From Raillietiella orientalis (Eukaryota): 64,000 nucleotides of DNA. Shown one piece after another: positions 48,290-60,321 of the stretch. Numbering within the stretch: position 1 is the first letter of the stretch; each line of letters begins with the position of its first letter. A program made the position numbers and the translations under genes. The notes beneath the pieces were generated by a model. The model made no database searches, had not been told where the DNA came from, and saw nothing but the letters and a program-made list of their open reading frames with translations. The DNA is taken from positions 62,001 through 126,000 of the forward strand of contig JAYWIR010000007.1 in NCBI GenBank assembly GCA_036172245.1. The letters are read 5' to 3'.

Positions 48290-50200
48290 AACCCCCCCCT
48301 CCCCCCATGTGATACTCTTACAGGCACCACATAACAAACGAGAAAATCCGACAGTAGGGCGTAAGGCCTCTCTCTCGCGCGCTCACCAGACGTGATCACT
48401 GATCTGATGGCGCAGCCAGAAATCCGATAAGGCGAACTGGGATCGGGAAAAGGCGTTCCGGCGACGACGTCTGCCAGAACGGTGACGAAAAGCATCAAAC
48501 AAATCGATCCCCCCTCCCGGCGGAGTCGCCTTGCATCGCTGCAGCGCCGTGCCCCGTTAGCGGCGGAGGACGACGGCTGCGGTCTCGAACATGCATTTCG
48601 CCTCCTCCTCCCCATCCTTCTTCTTCTCCTCCTATCTTCCTCCTTCTTCCTTCTATCTTCCCTCTCCTATCTCCTTCTCCTCCTACCTTCCTCTTGCTTC
48701 CTCCCTCTCCTCCTCCTCTTATATTCCCCCTCTCTTCCTCCCCCTTTCCCTCCTCCTCTTCCTTCCCTTCCTCCTCCTCCCCTTGTTCCCGCTGCCGAAG
48801 AGACGCATCCCTGGAAGAGAGAATTCGCGTTCTCTGCTTTGGGCTTCAGGCAGAGCAGTCGCGCCTCCCTCTGGAATTGTTGCTTTCGCGCTTTCCGGGA
48901 CACGGCAGCCACCCCTGGAAGGAGGAGGGGAGCAGGGGGCTGCTCCGTCGAGGCAGGCCGTGATGGAGTGGATCCGGAAGGGGATGCAACCCGACCCTAA
49001 CTAGAGTTCGCGGGCAAAAGTTTCCTTCCAGGTCATCCATCACCGCCGGGAGCGGATTCCCCGCCCCCCTTTCCCGTCCCGCCTCTCCTCCGTTCATTCT
49101 GCGCCACACTCCGGCGGCGGGATGTGGCGACACAAAGAGTCCCTCCCCCCTCGCCCCTCTCCCTCGCGCAGGGATCGAGACGGAGAAGCATAGTTGTGCC
49201 GGACGAATGCGCGAGAGGCTGGCCTCCAGAAGAAGGGGGCAGTCCTTCCAGAACTCCGAGCTGACCGGAAGATTCGGATGGCGTGCACATGGCGCGCATG
49301 TAACCGGCGGTGTCTTCCGCGTTTCGCTCCTCCCTTTCTAGGGGAGCTGTGCGTGCGTGCGCTCGCCCCGACGGGCAGGCGGAGGGCAAAGCGTGGCGCT
49401 TCCTTCCTCGTCGGGAAGGCAGAGGACTTCGAGGATTCCCCCCTTCCTCTCCTTAGATCCAAGGACGTCCCCGGCGCACTCGCATCTGTCTTCGAAGTAG
49501 CAGGTCCTTCCGGAAGAGAACTTTCCCGGACGCGAGGGCATCCTTGTCCTCTGTTCGGGAATGGGAACCGGCGGCAGAGTCTTCTGGTGGTTCAGCCGTC
49601 ATCTCGACACTCGGCGAGACGACAGGGATCCGGAATAGGAATCCCGGAAGGAGATGACGACGGTCCGGAGTGGGTAACGCGCGACTCTTTCCGACCCCTT
49701 CCTCTCGCGGTCCATACGCGCCGTCATCTCAGCCTTCCGACGGGAGGCGACAGCGAGGCCTCCGTCATCCCTGAGCGTTCCCTAAGGGCGAGGCGGGGCG
49801 TAACGAAAGAAGGATGGGGGGGGTCGCGCCGCATGACCCCTCTCCTCCGGCCCCATTCCTCTCGGGGCATCCGCAGGAAATGCATTCGCTTCCTGCTCGG
49901 ATGCAGCCGTGGATCCATGTCGCCACTCGCGGCGCCGCCCTCTTCGGTTGCCAGGAGTGATCTTTCTCCAGAAGAAAGGAGAGCGTCCGAGACCTTTCCC
50001 GTCGTCATGGAAGCTTCCAGAAGCTTCGGGAACATTCCGGAGGTTCACCCCCCCCGGATGGACACTCTCTCTTCCGTGGACAGGAAAACGGAGGGGGGGG
50101 GGGATGCGAGAGTAGATCTTTGTCCACAGAAGAGAGTTGTCCTAGTAACCGATCGGGAAGAGACCGACAGTGCCTCCCTAGATCATGGTAGGGCATCAGC
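48290..50200 (+). mobile_element. Possible decayed LINE (endonuclease start to RT domain 0)
   Basis: HVILLQAP at ~48306 (DIILLQEP), frameshifted AP...GIPQEM at ~49850-49885, FPSSWKL at ~49996-50016 (FPxxWKxA). Confidence 0.35.
48598..48785. repeat. Long CCT/CTT polypyrimidine tract
   Basis: About 185 nt, almost all C/T. Confidence 0.9.
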
Positions 50201-52229
50201 CCGGGTAAGAAAGAGGCCGCCTCCAGACTCTCAAGAGGGGGGAGGACATGAAACTGAAGGCAAACCGGGGGAGAAGGTGGGAGAGGGGGAAAGAGCAGGG
50301 AATCTTGCTACCTTTCCGGGAGTGAGGGTCCCCGGGGATGCCGTCTCCCTGGGGACATTCCGAGGTGCTGCGCGCACTCTGGCACAGCCCGCCGCCGGCC
50401 AGGGCACGCGAAGAGAGCGAAAGTTCCCCCCCTCTCCTTCGCGTGCGTTTGTAACCACGAGCGAAGAGGAAGCCGTGGCAAACGCTGCCGCTGCCGCCGT
50501 CACCGCCGGCCCGTCGGCGGCGGCGGCGGGCGCAGATCACACGCTCTCTCGGTCGCGCGTCTTCCCGAGTGGGAGGAGACCGTCGCCCGCATTGATGAAG
50601 CCGTTCTCCCCTCCTCTCCATGGGCAACAGAGGCAGCGAGCGCGTCTCCTCCCCCCCCCCGTCCGCTCCCTTCCTCTCTGCGGCACGAGCAGAGTTTCGT
50701 GGAATGCCCAGAAAATTTCCTTCCGAAGTTTCGAAATGCTGCGTGGGCGTGCAGCGGCGGAGCAGGAAAGGGAAGGCAACGGCGCTCGCTACGACCTCAA
50801 GACGGACGTCGCATCACGCGCGCGCGCGTGCAGAACAGCAAGGAGGCTAGTGGGTTGCGATTGGATACTGGCGCCCGGAGCAGCTCTCCGCATCTCGAGA
50901 GGGAAGGGAGAAAGGAGTACCTTGGCAACCAAAAGGGAGGCGAAAAGTCAGGAAAAGGAAGAAAAAAGGGAGAGAGGAGGAGCAAATCGACTCGGAAATG
51001 CTCAATCGGGGACATCCTGAAGTCGATCTTTTGGGCAGAGGAAACTCCCGAGCTTGAGGGCTGCAGGACGCAGAGTGGGGGGCACGAGGGAAGCAAGCAA
51101 AGGCAGAGAGCGACTCGCTTTTTTTCGAACCCCTAGCCTTCCTTTCTCCGCCTCCTCACCATCTTCCGTGGTCCTACAAACTGGCAGGGGAATTGCAAGC
51201 AGACGAAGGCATGACGTGTGCTTTTGTGTGAAGAAGTCGCGGGAGCTGGAAAGGAAAGCACGAAGCATCTTCGGCCTGCAGTCTGGGAGGAACCGGAAGA
51301 CGCCCTCCCGGGGAATCGAGACGTCCACATCCTCTCCTGGGACCACGGAGGGTGGAGAAGGGGGAGTCATGGAATGAGGGTGGCTGTAGGGTGGGACGAA
51401 AGGTTGCCAGCCGCGCACTCGTGCAAGTCCACTACGCGGAACCGCGCCTCTTCCCGCGCCGCGGAGGACCTGAAGACGCTTCCTATCGCAAGCCGCGAGC
51501 GTCCGGGATTCCTGTGCCCAACGGCTCTGGGGGTAAGACGAAAGGAGAACACGTGGAGGGAGATCTGCTGGCATTCGCGGAGCCCTTCCGCGAAATTGGA
51601 GATGGGAGGGAGGGAAAGGGAGGGGCCGGGCTGCCCACTAGCGTCGAGGGACGGGTATATGGCAGCCATAAATGCAGCTGACTTGTGCGCGCGCTCGGGG
51701 AGGGATGCCACCCGTCTTGCCGCAAGGAGGAGGAGGAGAGGCGCTCCCCCCCACGTCTTTCGCCAGCAGTGGCGGCTCCCGGGAGCGAGGGGCTGGGGAC
51801 CCCGGAAAGACGCAGCCCTCTCCGCTCCAGCCCGACGTTCCAGCCGGATGGCGTCGCCGGTCGCAGAAGGGAAGGGCGCAGGCAAAGGGACCATTCCCTC
51901 TCCGGAATCGAGGTGCTGTCGAAACCTCTCCGGCGTGACGGGGAGGCCGGCGCTGCCGGGACGCGCCACCTCCCCGCCGCGAGTTCCCCCGGGTTACCAC
52001 GGCCGTGCTTTGATAGCCGTGCGGCAGAGAGAGTGGGTTGGGAGATGCACCACAAAAGCTACCCACGCAAGCAGCGGCCTACGAGAACACCTCGCGCAAA
52101 CCGTGAGTACCATGCAGTCCACCAGAGGGTCACATCAGAAGGCCACTCTTTACGACCGCTGGCCATCGACACTCTTCTGGGAGTCTGTCATATCTGACGG
52201 CAGCCCAGATAAAGGCGCCCACCCCCATT

Positions 52230-52490
52230 AGGTGATGGCAACCAGGAAAACCAGGTTTCCAGTTGGTGGATCCGCAACCCTGAGGTCCCAAAGACTTCCG
52301 ACGCGCACAAAATCTGGAAAACCCGTTTAGAGCAAGGGCATTCCAGCTGGAATCCTCAGGAGACCGGATACCCATCCGATCGGTCAGCTTATTGACAAGG
52401 AGCCGAATGTTACGAGGACGTCTTCCTTTCTTGGGGTTCCAGGCGGAGGCTGGGCACACACAGTAAGGGTCGATCGAACCCCTGCGCAAA
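52230..52490 (-). mobile_element. Possible LINE ORF2 3' end
   Basis: DPYCVC...SSWNAL..NGFSRFC resembles the DPDYCRC terminus at ~44.0 kb. Confidence 0.25.
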
Positions 52491-52641
52491 TCCTCTTCAT
52501 CTTCCTCCTCCTCTCCTCTTTTTCTTGCTCCTCTTGTCTTCCTTTTATCTTCTTCCACCTCTCTTCCTCTTCCTCTTCTCTTCCCTCCTTTCCTTCTCCT
52601 TTTTTCTTACCGATCCTTTTCCTTCTCCCTTCCTCCTCCTC
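52491..52641. repeat. Polypyrimidine tract
   Basis: About 150 nt, almost all C/T. Confidence 0.9.
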
Positions 52642-52859
52642 AGCAAATCAGCCGAGACATGTATCACTCTTTCAATCAGGGGGGGAAAGGGACGGCGAAC
52701 GAACATCCATGTGCCGCCCGCCCGAAGGGCTGCCCCGGTAACGAAAGTTTCACCATCCTCGTCCCCCAAGCTGCTGACATCCCGGGATCACATCTCCATG
52801 ATCATCCTGCGCGCGGCAGTCGAGGAAAGAATCCAACCGACGCCCTCGGAGGGGTCACG

Positions 52860-55320
52860 ACCCTGAAGATGACCAAGTCGGCTGATGACATACGCAGCAT
52901 ATGGACAACCAGGGTCTCAAGGCGTCTGGGAGGATGCAAGCCCGACGGAAATTCGAGGCAAGGCGAACCGAAAGCAACAGCTGCCGGATTCGCTTCCGAT
53001 AAACTCGTGAGGCTTAGGTTTACCGCTGGGGGTAGAGGTAATATAAGCACCCCACAGCGCAAGGAGCCACGGCACCCCTTTATCGAGAAGCAGCCAGGTC
53101 ACGGAGAGGACAGCATCGAGCGTCCGGCCACTTCTTGCACGCCCGGGACCACCCGCAGCTCTCCGACTGCCGCTTCATACGTGCTGCTCGCTCCAGTCCG
53201 CTGCCCATGCGAGTCACCTCTGCAAGAAGCGGTGTGGACCGAAAGTGCAAGAGGTGTTTCATAGGTGGAGAGAGCCCTTGACGCGCAGCTTTGATCACTG
53301 CATGCGAAATTCCCGCTTTTTTTCCAGGGGATGCGACCGCCTGGTTACCAGCACCACCGCTGAGGAGAGAACTCAAGGAAGACGGGAGCTGGTGGTGCCA
53401 AACCAACCGATCTCGCAAGATGACTGTGGTCTCCTGAGCCACTAAGACGAAAGCAATGCATTCGACGCCTCCTTCCCGTGGAATGAACGGCATTAGCAGA
53501 GGTCCCTTGAAGTGTGGGGACCAAATACAGGAAAGCGTCCCTTTATTTCGCTGCCAGAGGGAAAATCAGCTTCAGTAGGAGCGGCAGTGAGAGGGTCTCT
53601 GGGAACTAAGACTACGAAGAGCGGTGCGGTGCTCGGACCAGGCCGTTCGAGAATCCCCTCACAAAGACAGGGAACACGGAGAGGAGTTACGTTCTCGACT
53701 AAGTGTCCGATCTCCATCTTGAGGCGGACGGTTATTCCGCACTCAAGTGAGGAACAACCGTCCGCCTCCTTGTGGGGGGGCCACGAAACTTTTTACGACT
53801 CATCCAAGGTCCGTGTTGACTCTTCAAGTTATGGGAGTTAATCCCGGAGGGACCACCCCATGAACCCAGGAAGGCTCCGGAATAAGGAGTCCGTTCCTCT
53901 CTGACTCTTGAAGGAGAACCTCGAAGGAGCCCGAACCCCGAGCTTCTTCTTTGTTCTCTCCGGTGGAGACCACCGCCCCTCATTTCTTCTCCGGAAAACC
54001 CGCAAGGCAATCTCCCCTTGTTTCCCCCTCCTCTGAAGAGAATCCCGAAGGGACGGGACGCTTCCCGATTTCTCTGAAAGGCGCTCCTCGAAGGGAGCAG
54101 CACGCTTCTGACACTTTGGATAGGCAACTTCCGCGGGGGAGGGATCAACAAGCTCCATAGTACGCAATGGAAGATCTCTTCCTGGAGGAGAGGGACGGCT
54201 CCATTTTCACAACCTAAGAGGAACCACGTGGGGAGCGACTCCTTGAATCCTGGAAGGATCGCGGAGGGTCAACTTCTAATCCAGGAGCCAGTCGGTGGGG
54301 GCATCCGGGCGTTTCCGGCTTCCACCCGTGCTGCACCCGAATATGCCAACCAGCGTCATCCTGCGGGAGGAACTCGAAACCCACGACTCACTCCCCATTC
54401 TCGGCGTCGATGCTCCACGTGGGGATTCGAACCCGAGCCGCTTGGCGCCGCTCGAGGAGACCGCAGCCACAGGGCTGCCAACGCGGGCTGAAGGAAGGGG
54501 TGATGCGCCTCAACATCCAGCATATCCGGACATTTCCTGGGGATGTATCTTGGATGGCCGGCCGGGACGAACCAGGGAGCGGCCGGCAGGTCAACAAAAT
54601 GGTGGGATCTAGCGAAAATTCCTAGCTGTCTTAGGGGATCTACCAAGCGAGAGGCGGAGGTTCGAGTTCATCGTGACCCTGCGGGCGCTTTCCGAAAGCT
54701 TTCAGGATTTAGGAGGAGACCCTCAGCCTCGGTCGAAGCACCGAGAAGACGAAGAGTTTGCAGAGCCCGGTCTATGTCACTAAGGCAACCCGTAAACGCA
54801 GACCGGTCGTTCCGTTTGCAGCTGCTGAAGCGTGGAGGTGGGCATTCGTGATGGTGAGCTACAGCTTGCCAGTTCGGACACAGAGTGCGTTCTGACCAGT
54901 CGCCGTGACGCATGGATATCGATTGCCTGAATGGCGGCGGTTGGCGTAGATAGCTACTCCGAGGCGTGGTCCAGCATGGTGAGACGTCCACAGGCTCCAA
55001 ACCTTTGCAAACTCTTCTCTGCAACACTCTAGGGGAAGTCCTGAAGGACTGGACGAAGTGTTCTCAGACATTCCTGGACGCAGCGCTGTCTGTGCCAAGT
55101 CCAAGCAACGACAGCGCTAGCCTGAGGGTTAGGAGTTCTCCTGCACCACTGCACGAGTTACGAAATTCGTGAACGAGCGAGCTGGTGGACGAGCCATTCC
55201 TCGTTCTCGTGCAAGGGACTCCGTCGGTCTCCTTCGGTGGAACCCTTTGAAGTGCTTCCTTCGAAGAACTCGTAGTCCGTCCTTTTCTCAGGGACAATTC
55301 TGTGCCCCCCTCCTCCTCCC
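52860..55320 (+). mobile_element. Decayed LINE 5' half: gag-like zinc knuckle and APE endonuclease
   Basis: CCSLQSAAHASHLCK at ~53190-53227 (CxxCxxxxHxxxxC-like); LLIQEP at ~54273-54290; frameshifted WWGSSEN at ~54600; YVTKAT at ~54774; ASSD at ~54868; KDWTK at ~55045; RWNPL..LRR at ~55235. Confidence 0.6.
54411..54488 (-). pseudogene. Degenerate tRNA-like sequence or tRNA-derived SINE head
   Basis: Minus strand shows B-box GGGTTCGAATCCC, ends GCCCGCG/CGTGGAGC-A that pair with one bulge, and a GCAGCC/GGCTGC arm; no clear anticodon arm. Confidence 0.35.
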
Positions 55321-58300
55321 CGTTGGAGACAAGATATGCTATGGACTACCTTCTCAGGCGTTAGGACCAGGCTTGACCTGGTGGGAAACCTTTGCTTTGG
55401 GATTCGAGTTTCACGCGAAACGACTCGGAGGATCATTATTGCTTTGCCATGGTAGCAAGACTGGCAGCTAACGAGATAGGAGTCTCCTTCTTGATGTGTA
55501 AACAATGCTGGAAGATCGCTGAGCTACTGGGAATCTGGAAAAACTAAAGCTCCATGTTTGAATGCTTAACGAAGGGTTGGTTTTGCTTTGGGATTCAAGG
55601 TGATGAGAGCTGGAATCATATCCGTGTGCAGTGAGCATCGGATCCAGTGATCACTGGGCTGGATGGAAAACTCCAATGCAAAGACATTTTTCAATCTTTA
55701 GAGAGGGCTGTATTCAAATGCAGATTTTTTTGTGTGTTTTTCTCTTCCAGCATTGGCCACCTTCCTGAATGAATCGTGCGCTCAAGGGAGATGGTGAGGA
55801 CCAAGGCTTTTCGTACCCTTTGTCCTTCCCCGCTCTCCAGCAACATATCGCAGATAGATGCCTCTTCAAGCACGCCTCTCTTTCCCTGAACCAAGTTAGG
55901 CGAGCTGTTCATCCTCGGCACCGCCGAAGATTTCGAATCAGTTTTTCTGGAGCATGCAATTTGTGATCACTGTATGGAATGGGAATGGGGTGGCGTCAAC
56001 GCCAATTGTTCCTTTTTTTCTTCTTCTTATTCCACTCTTTGTGGCAATCTTTCCGTTACGAGGGACAGCATCCGTTATGGATTTCAGCTGTACCCCATAT
56101 CGCTGGCAAACTCCACGTGTTCTCTCGCTTGCTTTCCAGAGCCACTTCCTCCAAGCCGTCTTTACAAGTAATTCTCATCATAGAACAGTTACCTTGTGAG
56201 CCATCGTACCGTAAGCTAGCGTGTCGGACCCACTCCTTAAAAGATCAACTTTCGTCCTTTCTGTGACCATGATTGCTATGTGGCTTCTGATTGTGTTGCC
56301 GACGCCGTGGAATTCTTTCTTGTCTTTTCTCTCCATATTCTGCGAATACCATTCCGAACTTCGTCACTCTAAGAAATTATAACTAGTTAGCAGATAAGTG
56401 ATCTGACGTGGTCTTTTACCTGACACCTCAATGAGTGTGCTTCCTTGTGGCTATGACTGAGCAAGAATTCACACGCCTCGATGACATCAGCGTACCATTA
56501 CTTAAACTTTACACGTTTTCTCTTCAGGTCCACAATGGAGCATTTCTCACTGGACGGCAGCGGCCATCGGGAAAAACAATCTTGCTCACTTCTGTTTCAT
56601 CAGCTGCCATCCTGCGGTTTGGTGAGATCTATCGCCTTCAGTGGAACCGATCCAGAAATCGAGTACTTCGGCTGCAAAGAAGAACTGGTTGCGCGTACCA
56701 AGAACGATTGAGAGTTGTTTCCACCTAAAGAAATTTGAAGCACTAATACTGAATTCTAGAGAAATGTGCTCGCTCTTACATTGAGATATCCTACACATCT
56801 TTTCAACTCAGCCCTAAGTGAGCAGTTTCCCTTGATATACAAGTTCAGCAAGTGCGGAAGTTTCCTTCTATTTAGATGTCAGGCTCAGGCTGAGATCGAT
56901 GACGTCAACGTACATCTGAACATGCTCTAGGTTCGTCAGACTATTCAAAGTACCTGTACCAAGTTTTTTATTCTTTTGCACAGTCTCCTTAGAAGCATCA
57001 TTTTAGAATTCAGTGTACTATTTCCTTTGTCTTTTTAGATACCTAAGTGTGGCTAAGGTCTTTATCTTAGCCTTTTTCGAAGAGTTTGTTTCGCTTGGAC
57101 TGAATTTCTTCAACTAAATGTTTACTTGCTACATCATTCATATCGCTTCTCGGCATTTTGGCCAACATCAAAGTGTAGACTTTACGGTTATGCAATGTAA
57201 AAAAAAGCTTCTTATATACATCACAAATACTCAACACACATAGCTTTTGAATTTAGTCATTCGAGGATGGATCGATTCGAACTCATCGGTCCCTTATACA
57301 GCGTGAACAGCAGTTTTTTCGATTCAGAGAATAATAAACTGCAGTTAGCTTTTCCTACTTTCAAATCATAATCCAGAAAATTATAAACTTCAGCACGAAC
57401 TCGTAATGCTCACCTGTGATTTTGAACTACTGCTACCAAAGGATCGACTAATCAGCAAAATGAGTTTTACCTTTTATCTCTGCTTGACTGCTTAGATTTT
57501 GTTCTGGTTGATTCAATCGCTTCTTTGGGCCTCTTCATGTTTCTAAAAATGGGAGCAATCCACCAGATCTTGTGTTACCAGTTATGATACTTTTCGCTTT
57601 GGTCTCTGTGTTGTAGAACCATTTATAATGAATTTCTTTTATTCTGTTGATTTCTCAGTACAGGCAACTAATGGGATTTTTCAGCTAGCCTCAACCTTAT
57701 GACCCTCGAAGTCTCATAGATAAGAGTTCACAAGTATCTGTAGCTCGCTGCGATACTTATCAGATTTCTCTTCTGAATGGGAACATGAAATTTCATAATT
57801 GCAGAGCATCCCATCTGATGTGTCTTCATGGCATTATCCACAATTGTTCCCTTGTGCTGGACCTATGTAGGTTTTGTTTAGAAGACTGAATCACATCACA
57901 GTAAGTGCAAACATTCAAAGGTGCAACAGTTTCTCTTCGAAAGCATCATTTGGAGAGCATGAGCGACGATGGACTTTCCCAAGAACCTTAATTTAGAATT
58001 TTAGTAGATTTTGCAATCAGAATGCTAAGTGACCTATCTCATATTTACAGATTGGCTATTTGGTGATGTTGAATGTAAGGATGGATGAAGAACGGATTGA
58101 AAATCATTTGATGAAATCCACTAAACTTATGTCATATTTTTCTTAAGTTGAAAATCGAAAAAACTCTTTTTCATCCAGTCTAATTGTCCATATCCAGAAG
58201 TTCTGGTGTTTCATGGCAATCGTCTTGGCCTCCGGAAAGACAAAATTGCAGTGAAATACTTGTAATCAATTGAAATCAATTGGACTTTTTTGATCAGTAC

Positions 58301-58681
58301 TGGCCTTCGTATAAAACAAAAGGAAAAAAGTATTGAAGCTGCTTATCTAGGGCAAATTTCATATGTTTTTGGAATCTGGAAAATGTAATACATATGCATA
58401 TACTAGAATACATGTGTGTATTGTAATTTCAGTTTAATACACAATGTGCGTAATTAGAAAGCCATTTAAGGTAAGATTGGATCAAACATTGTGTTTCAAA
58501 ATTTTCCTCATGATGTTGGTTAAATAAACAAAGATCTGTTTTGGTAGTTCTGTGTTCCTTAAGACGTAAGAAATGAGAATTTCGAACATGCCGTGCGTTT
58601 TTGCAGTCATCTATGCGATCTAAACAGCGTTCGAAAGTAAACCACGACGTTCACTGGCATCCTACATAATATGACAAGGAA

Positions 58682-58736
58682 ATGAGACCAATAGTGGCAA
58701 AGTTTTCCAATTATCTTTTCCAATATTCCACCTTTG
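58682..58736 (+). CDS. ATPAF2: ATP12/ATPAF2 F1-ATPase assembly factor, exon 1 of 6; join(58682..58736,58789..58979,59026..59136,59184..59361,59406..59521,59572..59694), 257 aa
   Basis: MRPIVAKFSNYLFQYSTF is acid-free and presequence-like; donor G|GTAACT, phase 1, joins in frame to ARKRFY. Confidence 0.75.
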
Positions 58737-58788
58737 GTAACTTGAATTGATTTTGGTTGATAGTAACCCTGATTGTAACGTTTTTCAG

Positions 58789-58979
58789 CGAGAAAACGTT
58801 TTTATGAAAATGTGGAAGTTTCAGGGATCCAATCACTTTATGAAATCTTGTTGGATAAGCGAAAATTAAAAACTCCTTCAGGAAATGTCTTGAAAATTCC
58901 ATCTTTGCCTCTAGCCCTTGGAGTTGCGCAAGAGTGGATGGAACAAAAGGATAAACTGAAACTTCACAGCATGCACTTG
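58789..58979 (+). CDS. ATPAF2: ATP12/ATPAF2 exon 2
   Basis: TTTTTCAG acceptor; RKRFYENV...YEILLDKRKLKTPSG...LALGVAQEW...MHL is the ATP12 signature; donor GTATGG. Confidence 0.95.
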
Positions 58980-59025
58980 GTATGGGGGATGCTTCATAAT
59001 TATTACTCTCGATGTAATTTTGCAG

Positions 59026-59136
59026 ACAGGTTTGTGCAATACCTTCCAGGACAATCCAGCACAAAAAAGCAAAAAGCAAATAATCACCAATCTTTTAAGG
59101 CACCTTGAATGTGATACCATCTGTTACTATGCTCAG
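59026..59136 (+). CDS. ATPAF2: ATP12/ATPAF2 exon 3
   Basis: TTTTGCAG acceptor; TGLCNTFQDNP...LECDTICYYAQ; donor GTATAG. Confidence 0.93.
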
Positions 59137-59183
59137 GTATAGCATAAGTGCAAACATCATGAAAAACAATTATGTATAAAAAG

Positions 59184-59361
59184 GAAACATCCTTGTCAGA
59201 GATTCAGCAACAGAAGTGGGGACCTTTGGTTTGCTGGTTCCAGAATAAATTTAATGTGCAAATACGAATTTCCACAAGCCTAGCATGCTTACATTTGTCA
59301 GAACCAACAGTCAGATTGGTTGAGAAGCATTTTAATTCTTATAATATTGGATCCTTACTTG
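59184..59361 (+). CDS. ATPAF2: ATP12/ATPAF2 exon 4
   Basis: ETSLSEIQQQKWGPLVCWF (LxxLQxxxWxPIIxW); AAG acceptor; donor G|GTCAGT. Confidence 0.88.
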
Positions 59362-59405
59362 GTCAGTCTGGGTAATGATGTTCACAGTCATGGTTCTTGT
59401 AAAAG

Positions 59406-59521
59406 GCATAGAATTTGGGGTAGAGTCTTTAAAATCCTGCATTTTGATGCTTGCACTTCTTGATCAGAAACTTTTGGTACATGAGGCTGTAGATCTCTCC
59501 AGGTTGGAGGAAGAATACCAG
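59406..59521 (+). CDS. ATPAF2: ATP12/ATPAF2 exon 5
   Basis: GIEFGVESLKS...AVDLSRLEEEYQ; donor GTAAGG. Confidence 0.93.
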
Positions 59522-59571
59522 GTAAGGCTTATAAGGTATATTATTGGATTCTTACACTAGACTGCAAACAG

Positions 59572-59694
59572 ATCAAAAAATGGGGCCGAGTAGGATGGGC
59601 ACATGATCTGGACTTGCATGATGTGAGAAGTCGGGTTGCTGCTTCTCTTCTCTTTACAAGATTTCTATCAGAGTGTGAAGAAACCATGTGCTAA
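59572..59694 (+). CDS. ATPAF2: ATP12/ATPAF2 exon 6 (stop TAA)
   Basis: IKKWGRVGWAHDLD...RVAASLLF matches the conserved WGxVExxHD region; the spliced CDS totals 774 nt. Confidence 0.93.
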   Translation: MKKWGRVGWAHDLDLHDVRSRVAASLLFTRFLSECEETMC

Positions 59695-60315
59695 TGCAAT
59701 CATCTTTATCAAATTGTACTTCAAAGTTGGACAGGGATATAGATAAGGAACATCATAGATATGGATAAGCTTGTTGAGCACCAGTATTGACTATGAAGTT
59801 ATGTGTGCCTTTTACACTTTACCTGAGGAAAGAGGCAAAGTTCGTTTTAACCATTATGTTGCATAACAATTGTTAAACTGATGTTGAAATATTCACTTGA
59901 AGTATCACATTCAGAAAGTAGGAACCTTATACTTTTAGTATTTTTCCTGATTCTTTTGACTTGACACCTTTGACTTATTTAGTGCTCTTGAACAATCTGT
60001 ATCCTGTTGTATACACCACCATTGGTGAAGTTGGATTATGAATGAGGAATTTTTATAGCCGGTGCTGTAATATTTGTGATATTAATATTCTTTAACTTTT
60101 AAAGAACTGATGTATGTATTTTTGTTTCATGGATAATTTTGTATCCTAAAGCATGTATGCCTTTTTTATTGTTATTGGATATTTGCGAAAGCAAGATAGA
60201 ACTTGGAGGTTAATTATTCACATCTTGTTACATCCATAAATTGTCTTAAAAGGGCTGTGTACCTTGTGTTGTAATGCTATTTGGTTACTTGCATTTTTCT
60301 GGTGTGTAAATCATA

Positions 60316-60321
60316 AATAAA
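60316..60321 (+). promoter_or_regulatory. Candidate polyadenylation signal for ATPAF2
   Basis: AATAAA followed by a GT/T-rich tract at the end of an AT-rich 3'UTR-like stretch. Confidence 0.45.

Noticed and set aside
49194..51020. 608-aa ORF
   Set aside because: No coherent domain; the LINE-like motifs here lie in other frames.
57265..57290. B-box-like GAGTTCGAATC on the minus strand
   Set aside because: No A-box or cloverleaf.
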